Shown: piece by piece, positions 13,111 through 26,972 of the stretch
Layout: every line of letters starts with the position of its first letter
How positions within the stretch are numbered: the first letter of the stretch is position 1
Origin: Eledone cirrhosa
Lineage: Eukaryota
Assembly: GCA_964016885.1 (NCBI GenBank)
Contig: OZ024742.1
Coordinates: 78,554,001-78,618,000, forward strand
DNA length: 64,000 bases
Reading direction: 5' to 3'
Position numbers and translations under genes: made by a program
Notes under the pieces: model-generated
What the model was told of the DNA's origin: nothing
The model's database searches: none
What the model saw: only the letters and a program-made list of their open reading frames with translations

Positions 13111-15095
13111 ATACATATATATAAATATATAGGATAGATAGGTATACACACACATACATATATATGTCATACATACATTCATACACAGTACATATCTATA
13201 TTGAAACAAAGCCGACAAATTGGCAGAGTCATTAGAGCGTTGAATAGAATGCTTTGTGGCATTTATTTCGGCTCTCTGCTCTATGTTTAAATCCAGCCGA
13301 GATCAACTTTGCCTTTCATCCTCTTGAAGTTGATAAGAAAGTACCAATCTAGTATTTGGGTTGATTCTTCCTTTATATCTCTTTCTCACTTCCTCTCCTT
13401 CTTTGGAAGAAATCTGCAGAGGGTGGGCTCCTCCAGGCTTAAAATTCTCAAAAATGCCATACATTACTACAGTGCCCCTCCAACTACCAGGAGTTACGGA
13501 ACCATACCATATCCCCATACCCATAGAGACAACCTCTATAGAGTTACTTTAGCTGCTAGAAATAGCAACCAAATCTACACTAAATTACATCCAACCTTCT
13601 TGATTATAGAGCATATTAATCATTACAGCCCAACAGTCTTAAAATGATGTATATATAATCTGTGTTATGAGGTGGTTAATGATATGATGTGTAGGAAGGG
13701 AATCCATTCCAAATATATATTACAGCTATCAGCTTGAGAATTGAAAAGCAGATGAACAAAATATCATGTTTAACATTTACATTACTATATTTCTAATGAA
13801 AGACACTGCTTATGGCAAACTCATTTTGGAAATCAGTTGGAGGGTTTTGTAACCTAACTAAGTTTTCCATCATTAAGCTGTTTGGAACCTATCAAGAGTT
13901 CTTACATAAACTTACACTGGAAGTCTTGAGATAAATAAAGACAACTTAAAAAGAATCTTTTGTATATTAAAATCAAAGGTGGTTCCAGGCTGGTTGGTAA
14001 CAAAGGCTTAACTTTTGACATCCTGTACCATATGGACTCACATTAACAAGACATTTCTGAAAAGTAATGTGCTGTGAATGCATCACAAAACAATACGATA
14101 ATTCTATAATATATTTATTTTAACTAATAAAAAAAAAAGGTGCTATCTGAGACACATTGATATAAACATCAACAAATATTAGAAGTTTTCTCCATTGCTG
14201 TGTGTATCAGATAATGAATGGCAAAAAAGAAACAAGAATCTTGCATCCAGGAAAGCAAGCAAAATAATAAAACAATGAGGATGATAATAAAGGCAATATA
14301 TACAACAAACTTTTTCAGACCATTTTTCTTAATAAAGGAACCCAAAATATGGGGTCCTTTTCAAAGAATGTTTTATATCTAGATCTTTTCTTCCTAGTAT
14401 CATCTATTTGAATTGCTTCTTACGACACATGGATTCAGTGCATAGATTTTAACCTGGATACATACTGTAAGAGAGGCAGTGTAAGTGTGTTTAAATGATG
14501 ACACACACATATTACGTAAATTGTACATCTACACACAAATACACAGAGGTGTGGAGAGTTAAATACATATCTACATAAATATATACACATACAGAGACCT
14601 AAACAAAAGAGTCACTTTGAAAGTGTAACAGCAACTTTTATACGCACCATAGAGCTAAATAAGGTAATAAATAAAACAGGAAGGAGGAGAAAACAACAAC
14701 GACATCATCACCATAATCAGTCTGAACCAAACACCTAATTGCAATGTGCAGCAAAGCACTAAGTTCACACACTGTGCAAAATGCACTGAAGTGTTTATCA
14801 ATAAACAGAGCAGAGAGAGCAGATCATTTGCATAACTACCCCACCACACTCTGTAAGAATAGTATACAAGATTTAATTAAAAAAACAGTCCTTCTAGCTA
14901 CCCACTCTAAATACACACATACACGTATGTCCATAGATACACATGCATGAAGACTTAGATGGTTCTCTAGTTTTCAGATGCACACACACACACACACATA
15001 CAGATAGATACACAAACACAAAAAGCATTGGAACATATCTGAAGAAATAATGAACCGATGTGCATATGTGTTTGTATGCATAGACACACATATAA

Positions 15096-15131
<36 letters not shown>

Positions 15132-15545
15132 GTATATATATGTGTTTGAGTGTGTGTGTGTGTGTATATATATAGAGAGAGAGATGGGGGGGGGGGGCAT
15201 ACATAAGCCAAGACCAACACACATTCACGTACAGACATTTCTAATGTATCTAATCATTTATTTGATTTGTTTAATTTGTGGAGTATTATTGATTCAGCTC
15301 GTTCGATATGCTGACAAATCGTTAAAAATAAATAAGTAAATAAACAAACAAGAAACCTAGCCCAAATAATCAGATAAAACACACTAGAGAAATGTGATGA
15401 TGATGTATAAATTTACACTCAATAATGAATGAAAGGAAGTTCTGTTGCTACTGATGGGGAGTCAAGTGTATATATGTTTGTATGTATGTGTGTTTGGATG
15501 TATAGTGAATATATCTGTTTCTGGGTATGTGTGGTTCTAAGCACA

Positions 15546-15593
<48 letters not shown>

Positions 15594-16117
15594 CATATAT
15601 ATATATATACATATAATGCTGATGATAATGCTGATGATAATTGATGATATAAACATATCTATCTATCTATATATATATGTATATATCTGTTTGTAAACAT
15701 TGTGAGGATGTGTGCATGCAGGAAATAGTTGGAGTTAATAAAATATATTGTCATTGTTGAAGGAATAACCTTGCAATACTGTTGTTGGAGTTGTTGCATT
15801 TGTTTGAAACCCACAAGTCAGAGCTGGTAGAGCACAGTACACCTATGATTAAATGTCATTTGGCAGTGACCACTCCATCCTTCCTGTCTTTTATTGTAAT
15901 ATAGTGTATCAAACTGGTTCTGGTACATTGCTTTTTAATTGCAGTGTGGTTTAAAGGGAGATTTGGTTGTTTTTTCTAGCAAGTCAAGCATAGAAGCTCC
16001 TTCATTAGCTGATGGTTTGTTCTATTGTTGTTTAGTGACATGTCAATTCACCCTGAGCAGACTTCTCTGATCCGAGAAATTCAAGCAGTGAACAGCCAGT
16101 CATTTTCCTCCAGACAA

Positions 16118-16305
16118 TATGAGGGGGAGGGGGTGGGGGAATGAAAGGTTCATAGGCTGATTATGAAGGAATGATGCTAGAGCTGTGAAATCTTGCATGC
16201 ATTAATTTCAACTCTTCTTATTAACTACATTGTTTTTATCCAGAGACTATATTGAAAAAGAAACCCCATTTGATCATTCCATGAACTTATCAGCTGACTC
16301 TTGTA
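16118..16305. mobile_element. Mariner/Tc1-type MITE, second copy
   Basis: Shares gatgctagagctgtgaaatcttgcatgcattaatttc and neighbouring sequence with 3023-3199. Confidence 0.6.
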
Positions 16306-17453
16306 TGCCCTTCATTTTGGAAAAATACAAAGGGTAAATGATGATAAATAAAACAAAACAAAGAAATGTTTTACCTAGAGTATTTCAACATGATATTTCA
16401 GAGCTATTACCTTATTTTCAAATGTGGAGCTGAAATGAATGATCGATGTGTTCTTCCCTAACTGGCTTATATGTCTGAAATATATTCTTGATTTAGTTTT
16501 CACATTTCTCAACAGACCCATAAATATGGTTCTTTTACTGGAATTTAGGCAACTACAACTTGGTAGTCAATTAAATATATCTGTCTTATTATTTCCTTAT
16601 TTGAAATTTTCCTGTAAAAAAAGAAATCTTCACTTCCAGGGATTAGGTCACAATATGTAGAAGTTTTGAAAAGTCTTAGATATTTGTAGTTCTGATAACA
16701 GGTTAAATTTGCAAAGTGAGTAGTAGCTAGTCACTTTCTTTGGCTGAAAACCCCCAAATTTTCAAAATTGCCACATAAATATTTACCAATATAGACAAGT
16801 ACACAAATAACACGTAATAAATCAATGTAAATTTACACTCTGGGTATGGATACTGAAGGTTTCAAAATAGTTCTCCATAAATATCATCTTCCTCATTGCT
16901 TTTGAAAGAAATATTCACATCTGCAGAGCATCTGACCTCTGAGACTGTACACAATTTTGTCTCAAACAATCACACCATTATTATGTTTGCATTTAACGGA
17001 AGTTTTGATGGAATTATATATTTGTATTCCACCAAAGTATATGTATTCAATAACAAAAATATTTTTTATATTTATTCCAGGGAAGTCTTAACTACAGATG
17101 GTATTGCCTATTGTTTTAGCAACATTTTGTCACATTGGAAGGTCATACCTTGATGACATTTTCATCAGTTGTTGGTCATTGGTTAAATATATGTTCCCAC
17201 AGAAACGTAACATAAACAATATTTGTACATTTGGTATTTTATATATATCTCATACTCTTGAATTGCAAAAGCATAATGATAAAAATATGTCATAATGTAA
17301 TGGTCACACATCCAAAAAAAGCTCTGATTGCATGTGTGTATGTATGTTAGCATGCATACCTACATCTAAGTATGTGAATCTGTGTTTGTATGTATGTATG
17401 TATGATAGCATGCATGCCTACATTTGAGTATGTGAATATGCGTTTGCATCTGA

Positions 17454-17796
17454 AGGCACATGGCTTAGTGGTTAGAGCATTGGCCTTGCAATCGAAAGGT
17501 TGTGAGTTCAATTCTCAGGTGATGTGTTGTTTCCTTGAGCAAGACACTTTATTTCACATTGCTCCAGTTTACTCAGCTGTAGAAATGAGATGGTAGAGAC
17601 TGGGGTCCATATAATTCCACTGCAAAGTGGTCGTGGAGATGCCATGGCAAAAAGCACCCAGCACTCACTGTAAATGAGGTTGGTGTTAGGAAGGGCATCC
17701 AGCTGTAGAAATCAAGCCAGCATCAGTTCCCGTCCCACCCTTGCAAGCAGGGAAAAAGCAGACGTAAAATGAAATGATGATGATGATGATGATGAT
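17454..17796 (+). mobile_element. tRNA-CORE-RTE-tail SINE
   Basis: Near-identical to 331-676. Confidence 0.85.
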
Positions 17797-18099
17797 CTGT
17801 GTATGAATGTATGTAGATTTATTCCAAACTACTTGACTGTTGCTCCTAGTAATAATAGATTGCATGCATATATTTTGGCCCAAACATGTTTGCCCATACA
17901 GCCAGATGTATAAGTACATGCATAGATACAAACATATATGAAGAGATACATACATGAAGACAAATATACACATAAATGCATATACAAACATCCCCAAGAG
18001 ATGGCAACATGAATGGACCTGTTATTTTTCTCTAAAAATATTTTTTTCCAATTCCACACCGTCCATCTCTTTAATCTATCTAATTTGTCATTCTTTTTT

Positions 18100-18128
18100 C
18101 TGATGAGGGACTAGCTTCCGAAACGTTA
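18100..18128 (+). ncRNA. Minimal hammerhead motif in a probable Penelope pLTR relic
   Basis: CTGATGA-ggga-ctagc-ttcc-GAAA-cg-TT; stem I not evident; a more decayed relative lies at ~57817-57845. Confidence 0.5.
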
Positions 18129-19573
18129 ACACTCTCTTCCTGCTATTTCAAACGTAAACCTAATATATTCCTTCCATATATTGTACTGATTGTGTTGTTA
18201 TTTTTGTTTACCTTTTACATACATATATATATACTGTATATATATATATTCATATATACTTTTCACATACATGCACAACTACAGATAAGCTCAGTAATTT
18301 ACATAAAAGTTTAAAAACTTATACAAACACACAAGCATGCATGCAAGTAGCTTTATCAGAATATGTGTGTATCTAGGTATATCATCATCATCATCATCGT
18401 CATCGTTTTTTGCGTCCGTTTTTTTCATGCTTGCATGGATTGTATATATGTATATGTGTGTGTGTATGTGTGTGCATATATATATTTATGTTTACATACA
18501 TAACAGATAGATAGGTTGATTGAAAAGATTCCAGACCTCATTATCTCAACCAAAGGAAACAATGTTTTCATTGGTCTTTTCATTGCTGATACTATCTACC
18601 AGATGCAACTCCTGGCAGAAAGAGTAACATGAAATAAAGTGTCTTGATCAAGGGAATAACGCATCACCCATTCCGAGAAGTGAACTCACAACTTCACAAT
18701 TGCGAATCCAATTCTCTAACCACTAAACCATGCATCTTTAAAGAAATAATCTATCAAACTGCAGTAGGATGCTATCAAGTTTGTTGGGTGTATATATAAC
18801 CCATCTGGCTTTAGTAAAGTTTTTATAAAAGCTAAATATTTTCTTGGCTACACTCCTGATTCAGCCTACCCTGCTTTGGTCCTCTTATCTCAACATAAAC
18901 CATTGAAATCATTTTGAAAGGGGTGGAATGAGATTGTTTAGAAACTGTCTATTCTTTTAAGGAAGTTTTTTCTAAGTCATGTAAACAACCCTTCACTTCA
19001 CTATCTTTTTATTAACCCATCCTGCTATCGTTTCTATACTTTATGGCTTCCCAGCAGCACCTGTCCTAGGCCAGGGAAACAAATACAATAACTTAGAAAG
19101 GCAGGCAATGAAAGCAGTATAAAATGTAAGTAGGTAGCTGGAGGAGGGAGGGGAGCATCAGAAGAGCTTTCACAAAAAATCAATGTCTTTGCCCTACCCT
19201 CTGCTTTTCTCAGGTGAGCAACAGAAATTTTGCACAGACCCTCTGCCACCTATTCCCCATATTGCAGCAGTAAAATATAAATTACGTAGGGTAGGTAGTC
19301 TTTCCTTTCCTTTGTCTTGCCATATTGTGTGTAGCTGTGTGTGACAAAATAAGTTTATGGGGGTATTATGAATTATGTAGGTATGAATTATGTAGGTATG
19401 TGTATATGTAGGTATGAATATAACAACACAGCACAACAGAATGAAAGAATATTTGAAAGAAGGAAAACAAGAGGAGAAACACGAGGATGGGGCTAGTTTG
19501 TAGAAGAGAGGCTGGTTGATGAAAGCAGAATGGGCTTGGAAGTTAAAACCAAGGTCAATTTGTAGTAAGTTAT

Positions 19574-20100
19574 ATCATCATCATCATCACCATCATCATT
19601 ATTTAACATCTATCTTCCATGCTAGCATGGGTTAGACGGGAGTTGTCCCACTTGAGGCAAGATTGGTTGGGTGACCGTGTCTCGCTCATATAGGACTATC
19701 TGGCAGGTTTTCTACGGCTGGATGCCCTTCCTAACACCAACCACATTTACAGTGTGGACTGGGAGCTTTTTACTGTGTTACCTACACGACCACATTACAG
19801 CATGGACTGTGTTTTTTTTGTCATGATACCTACACGTTCTCATTAGTTTGAACTTGATGTTGTCGTACCAACATAACTTTATAGAGAAAGGGTGGTGCTG
19901 GTGGGAGTGGGAGGATGGAGTAGGCGTAGAGGGTTGAGGTGTATGTTTGGAGGGGCCTGCCTACTCACTGTAGGTTAATTTTGCATGTAGGGAAGGCAGG
20001 TCTTCTGTATTACTGCATGGTACCAAAGATCTCAATCCAGTGACATTGTCTTAGTGAGGTGCAAGTGTGCAAGGTCTGAATTTATCATGTCGCCCCAGGT
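19574..20100 (-). mobile_element. RTE LINE 3' fragment (3'UTR and ORF end)
   Basis: (CAT)n tail; similar to 34082-34580. Confidence 0.8.
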
Positions 20101-20224
20101 TTATATATATTTTAAATTTTGTTATCCATTACAAACTTTTATCATATAACAAACATATGTATGGAACTGTAACTTCTAAGGGAGTTGTAGTGGTACCATA
20201 TTGACACATGGCATTTTTAGAGCA

Positions 20225-20460
20225 TTTTTAAACCTTGTGGAGCCCATCTCCTCTCCACATCTGAATACAGCAGATTTCTTCCAGAGAAGGATAGAGAGTG
20301 AGAGAATTGAAGGAAAAAAGACATATGAAGGAAGAATTGACCCCAGTACCAGACTGGTACATACACCAAGCTTCATGACCATAGATAAGGGTTGGCATGA
20401 ATACCAAATTGAATATAGTGAGTTTGGCTTTTACACCTACCTCCCTTATTTTAATAATCA
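20225..20460 (-). pseudogene. Decayed RTE-like RT C-terminal fragment
   Basis: KAKLTIFNLVFMPTLIYGHEAW resembles the RTE K..LY...I...LLYG.E.W motif. Confidence 0.5.
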
Positions 20461-23400
20461 AAGTAGATGTTAAAATAATGAAAATATATCCAATATGTGT
20501 ATTTTATTCTTTACATTAACTCTATCATTTTTGGGGCCCATGAAAATATTATCATGTTGAGTTGAAAAGAGAAACATATATTTCAATCAAAGAACTTCAT
20601 TCAATTTTCAGGCAATTTAATCCATTTTTTACAGTGTTGTGGCCAAAATGTTCATCAGTAACTTAGAATAATTATTTTTAAAACTTCATTTTGCTTTTTT
20701 CTTTAATTACCTCACTCTATTGATGGTATTTAACTATCTCTCATCATTGCAGGTGACAACATTTGTACACCCAAAGAAGTTTTGAAAATTATATATTATA
20801 CATGTTGGATATATAATATTGGTTTATTGGTTGATCTGCTGTCATGTTTAACAACATATGGAGAGAGTAAAAGAGAGGTAGAGAGAAAATTAACATGAGT
20901 TGAAGGAGTAGTATACATACTTATCGAAGTAGCAGGTAAAATATGAGAAATAGAATAAATGCTAAAATGAGAGTGAGCATATGCAAACAAACATATGTAC
21001 ATGGTGGGCTTCCACCTACCATATTTCACTCACAAGGTATTGATTAATCCAAATCTATAGTATAAAATTAGTAGTAGGTGCCATACAGTTAGACTGAACC
21101 AGAAACCCTATAGTTTCAAAACAAACTCCTTAACCACACAGTCATATGTGTGTTGTAACAGCAGTTATAAAGTTATAAACAAAAGAAAGAAAACAAACAA
21201 AACAAAACATGAGACAAAACAAATAATCAGTTTACAATAGAATATATATGTCTTGCATCCGGATCTCTCTTTTACCATTCTGTGATCTCATCACGCACAC
21301 ATATATAAGCAGCATGTGATATCAAAGTTATCAAGTTCTTATGAAATAATGCACATGCATCTAGAAATGTCATGCCTGCTGATGCAATAAGCATCACAGC
21401 ATGGTTACTGAAAACTGTCCTTTGAATGTCATGCTTGTATAACATAAGCTCAGTTGGTAGAGCAGAGGATTGTGGTTTAGTAATCACACTGTGTTGATGT
21501 GGATGGCATATTAATGCATGCATAAGCAGTAACAGCAACTATAGCAAAAGTATCAGAACGGAAGTGGGACGTGTTCCAATGAATAAAAGTACAAAGAAAC
21601 ATGAACATTAAGTGAACTGCTCATCTATTTATATACCCATTCATCCGTATACACATACATATGTCCATACATACATACCTACACGTGTACATAAATGTTT
21701 GATGTTGTCTAAACTCTAGCCAAGGAATCTTCTTGTCAATTTGTTGGAGTATGGCCATCACTCATTTCTAAAAGAATTGTCTCAATAAATACATAATGAT
21801 TTCTTTTCAATTGGCACAAGATCAACTTTTTTCTTGGAGAGTGCAGAATTGGATGGTGGTGGTGGTGGTGGTGGTGGTGGGGTTTACCAAACCAACCACT
21901 AGATATAACAGGTTGTTATTTTATTGCTGCTGGGTAGATTGAAATACTAAATTCAGATTCTTGCAGTATTTTGACTTGAAGTATAGGGAGTACAAAATTA
22001 AAATCTGAAAAACATTACCACACAATTTTCTAATTCCTTCTACCTTATTTTAAGTGAATAAGCAATTTCTTTCTGGGATAAAAGGTCTCTCTTTCTAAAG
22101 TAGGAATATGAATCTAATCATCAAACCTGAAATAATCTGATAAACATATTTCACTGGAGTATATTAAAAACAAACTTTGAGAAACTACACAATGTAAACA
22201 CAGAACATTTCCTCTCTCCACTATATTAACTTTACTACATGGTGTGCATGAATAATGGGTTTCTTTGATTCAAATCAATCATGGCAGTATAAATAGAGTG
22301 TGGGCCAAAGTATCTTGCAGTATAAAGACTGTAAAGCAGCTAATCCCCACCGGTCACAACATTGACCATTTTCATCAGTAACTTAGAATAAATATTTCAT
22401 CTTTTAGTATAATGATATTAAAGCCTGACCTTTCTCTTTAGAGCCAGAAAATACTTTTGTCGTCATTAACTAATAACTCTCTACAGAGCTTGAGTAGTAC
22501 CTACAATGATGTATTGCACATACATTTAGAATAATGCTGCTGCTACACAAAGAGACATCCTAAACTGTATATAGACAAAGGCTACTCATCAGATTAACAT
22601 CAAATCACTCACTAGCATCTTCTGGCCTATAGATATGCTGTTTCTTCTCAGTGGTTTTTCTACCATTACTTCAATGAACTCCATTCTTTAGAGCTGGATG
22701 ATTTCTTGCAATACCTACTCAGGCACTTCCATCTCATTTGTTTGTCTTCTCATCACCATGATGTATCCTACTCCACCTGCTTTAACCATTACTCCTAGTC
22801 CTGTCTTCCACAGAATGTCATCCTTTTGGAATTCCCTCCTTGCACATGTCTTTCCTGCATGCATCAACTTAAAACACATTAAGCAGAATTTGTGAACCGT
22901 TTAGCAACCACATCCTTTGCTGGCAAGGGTTGGGTGTTAAATGGATATCAATCTCTCTAGTCTTTGAAGAGCAGCAATGGCCAAGAAACCCCCATAATGA
23001 AGGCCCTTTCTCCAGAGCAAAATCATTAAAAAACATATATATATTTAACATATATTAAAATAACACACTGTAAAGTGGCAGTGTTGGAGTTATAATAAAA
23101 TTTACCCAGAACAGTCTGTAAAGTGACACAATTAGTGTCAAAATAAAATGCACCCAGCATACTCTGTAAAGTGGTTGGTATAAAAAGAGCTCCCAGTCAT
23201 AGCAACCATTATTAAAACAGAACATATGAGTAAGATGTTTTCCACTGACTTATTTAGACACTCTAACAACTTATCGAACCAATGCCAGCATGGAAAACTG
23301 ATAGATGACGATGATTAAAGCATTTCCCCTACATCCCTTACTCTTAGATGAAGTGGAAGGGCCCAAAATGTTAGATTTTTTGCTCCTCAGAGCAATTAAA

Positions 23401-23935
23401 TGTAGCAACATTATCTCTAAACTGTCCTATGGATTAATTGTTTCTGACACAGACCATCATTGCTTTCTTTGAATTAGTGTGTTTTGAATTGTGAAACATA
23501 ACAAAATAGTTCATGTGGTTGGCTAATTTTAATATCTTACAGCGGCATTGACAACAAGCTAAATAAATATGAGACAAATATTAGTATATGACAGAAATAA
23601 GTATCTACTATTAAAATAATGAGACTTTTCATAGCTCAAATGTACATACACACAGGCACACACACATGTGTACATTAACATATGCTGTCATTGATAATTT
23701 AGAATTTCTTGTGGGAGGAACCATGTGTGTCTATATGTGGCTGGTGTTTAAGAAATTACACATGCATGCTACTAATACATACACACCAAAGCCATATATA
23801 CTTCCAAATATAAATATATATATATATCAAGATGCATGTATGTATGCGTATATGTAGGTGAGTGTGTGAATGAACAATACAAACCAGTATACTAGATATA
23901 TAATTTTATTATAATCTGAGATTATCCTTTCATTG

Positions 23936-23988
<53 letters not shown>

Positions 23989-24547
23989 TCAGTATACAAG
24001 GATGCAATTCACTTCTAGCACTCAATGTCATATTACAGAAATGTTACCTTTTAATCAATTTTTGCTGTCTGGAGAAATCACGATATCTATTGTCATTGAA
24101 ATATGTATAACAGTTCAATTAATAAAGGACCATAACATCTTCAACTTCACATTTTCCTCTTTCTTATATATATATATATAAGATAGAAATGTATGTAACT
24201 ATAGTTGCTGGCGGTTCATCAGTTAAAGCACTCAATGCTGTTATGCAGGTCCGTCTCATGTAGGTTTATACTTCAGTGTACCCCAGGGCTAAGGCAACTA
24301 ACTGTAACTGAGCTAAATGATATGGAAACAACTGTAATATGCAATAAAGTTCTTTCATGGTGTAAACTTGACTTCACTCCTGCTTACTTGCTATATGTGT
24401 GTGCATATGTAGGTAGGTATTATTATTATTATTATGGAAGTAAAAACATATAAAATACATACGCAGTTACTCAAGTATCCGATTGACTGATTTCCAACCA
24501 TTTTGTATATATCTGGATGTATTAGAGATCGAGAGAGAAAGAGAGAG

Positions 24548-24584
<37 letters not shown>

Positions 24585-26699
24585 ATGTGCAAGATGGTGT
24601 AGATATATATATATATGTATTTGTGTGTAAAGTTGGGTGTTGAAGAATATAGAATATTTATGGGTGAATGCAGAAGTAAATGGTGTGTGTGTGTGCATGC
24701 CAAGTTGTGTGTAAGAGTTAAGTTTGTGTTTCATATTTGACAAAGAAAAAAATTTATAAAAAAGAAAGTAGGTTATGCATAATGAATTAATATTCTATTC
24801 TGTGAAATCAGATATTTTTAATCTTTTCTTTCTAAGTTACGTTCCCTCTCTAGTTTTTTGATTTTTGTTTATATATGTAATTTTTCCCTTGCCATTTTAT
24901 GTTACTTTTTCTTTTACTTCAACATAGATAGAATGTAATTACAGAGTAAGGTTGAAAGATGTAAGCTGTAGTTTTCATTATTTAAAAAGGCTGGCATACA
25001 CTAAAGTGCTTGTTGTCATTGTTGGTTAACTCCATGCCAATACTTGAGCTATGAACAAAGATATTCCAACCATGACCGTTCAGTTTGCTTCTTTTTTTTT
25101 TTTAATGTAGTATATTTCAAAATTTAGGAGCCAATATGTCACTCCATTTTAAAACAGTATAAACAGTACAAAAAGCAAGAACACCACCAACAACATTTTG
25201 TCTTTTGTAAACATTGTGCATCAAAAGATGTGATTTAAATTGACCCAGCTCAAGCAGAAGGACAAACAATGGTTAAGGTATGTTGAAAAAGAATGTTTTG
25301 CTACTCAAAGAACTTACCCAGGAAAGGGCAAGAAGGAATAAAGGTTTGCATATACCCTTCAAAGAAGGATTAAAGAAAGCCTTGGCCAATGTCTGACAGA
25401 ATATGTGACTTATCAAACAAGGCAGGAAACATGAGGGCATGTGTCTGGTCTTTAAAAACCAAGAAATGTGGGGGAAAAATTAACACAGCTGAGGCATCAA
25501 AAGCTTTCCCAGAAACTGGTACTGCATTACTTTGGTCTCAGGAATACAAAGACCATGGCCAGAGATTTCTGTACTGACACTCATTCTTGGGCCATAGTCA
25601 AATAAATACAGAAGTGACTTTAGGGAGTAGAGAGAAAGTCAATGAGTTTGATGGCACAGGATTGGAGCTCAGCTGCTACTCATGCCCAGAAGAAGGAAAG
25701 CAGAAGAAAACACAAGGAGGAGAAGAATGGAACAAGGAAAATGGGAAACTGTTTGAGAGAGTAATGAAAGTAAAAAGGGGCAAAAACTAAAGAAGGAACC
25801 CAGGGTAAATGCAAGTAAGAGGCTATAAGATCATCAGAACAAAGATAGTCCCTCTGTGGAGTGAATCAAGTTCATAATCATATGAATTAACAACAGCATA
25901 TATATGCTAGAGATTATTATTATTTTTTAAAATCATTATCGTTATTATCATTATAATCATCCTAATTTTGGGGTATGTATTAATATCTATGCTGTCAGCT
26001 TTTAAATGCTTCCACTGCATAAGTATTTAGGAAAAAAAAACAGGGACAAAGTAAAAATGTAGAGCACAAAAACAGATAATATAATAAAATAAAGTGTATA
26101 TATATATGTGTTTATGTGTGTGTGTTTAATGAGTTTTCAAATGTATTGGGCATTTAAGAGTGTACTACTCAAAATATATATAATTACTTAAATATTTATG
26201 GGTTTAAAACCATAAATATTTCAGTCTTATGAAATGTCACATTGTATCATATGTTGAATTTCTGTTGTTCAATTTGCAATATAACAATACAAATATAGAT
26301 AGTGATAGACGAACAGATAAGTTGTAAGTATATTTAAATATTTATCAACTGATATTAATCACATATACTAGCTTGGGATGTATCAGACAACTGTTGGAAT
26401 CATTTCATAAAAACATTTTATATTTATATACATATAATTTATATTAATGTTATCAATCCATCCATCTATTTATCTATTATGTCTATCTATATCCAATTCT
26501 CTCTATACACAGACACATATGAGTGTATGTGTGTATAATAGATTTCTTGTCTGTTAAACTGGCCACAGGTTGAGGAAATTTCAGAAGAACAGGCCACTGT
26601 ATCAGATAAAATTTATTTATACACCACTATGTCTGCTTTTCCTTGCTTGTATGGGTTTGTTTGGTCCTCTCCAGCATATCAGAACCCAACATATTGTAT

Positions 26700-26972
26700 T
26701 ACTTTGTCATTTCTGTGGGGCTAAGCTCTAACTGCATCTAACCAAGTTTTCTTTGGTCAACAGCAACTTCTTTCCACTGGCATATGGTAGCTAATCTTCC
26801 TCAAGCAACTGTTATTCATATGCATCAGATGTCCATACCAGTTCAGTCTTCTCTCTAGCACTTTACATCAGACACCTCTTATATCCAGTGTTTTTCTCAG
26901 TTCATCCATACAAGATCATCCATACACACTAACATTACACATCCAATGGAGCATCATCATTTCATTTCTCTA
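26700..26972 (-). pseudogene. Old RTE copy, 3' part (host of the nested young RTE)
   Basis: Minus strand RNEMMMLHWMCN...; continues the old fragment at 29477-29530. Confidence 0.7.

Noticed and set aside
23345-23375. Hammerhead-like traces here and near 41726 and 57817
   Set aside because: Core nucleotides mutated and stems missing; at best dead pLTR relics.
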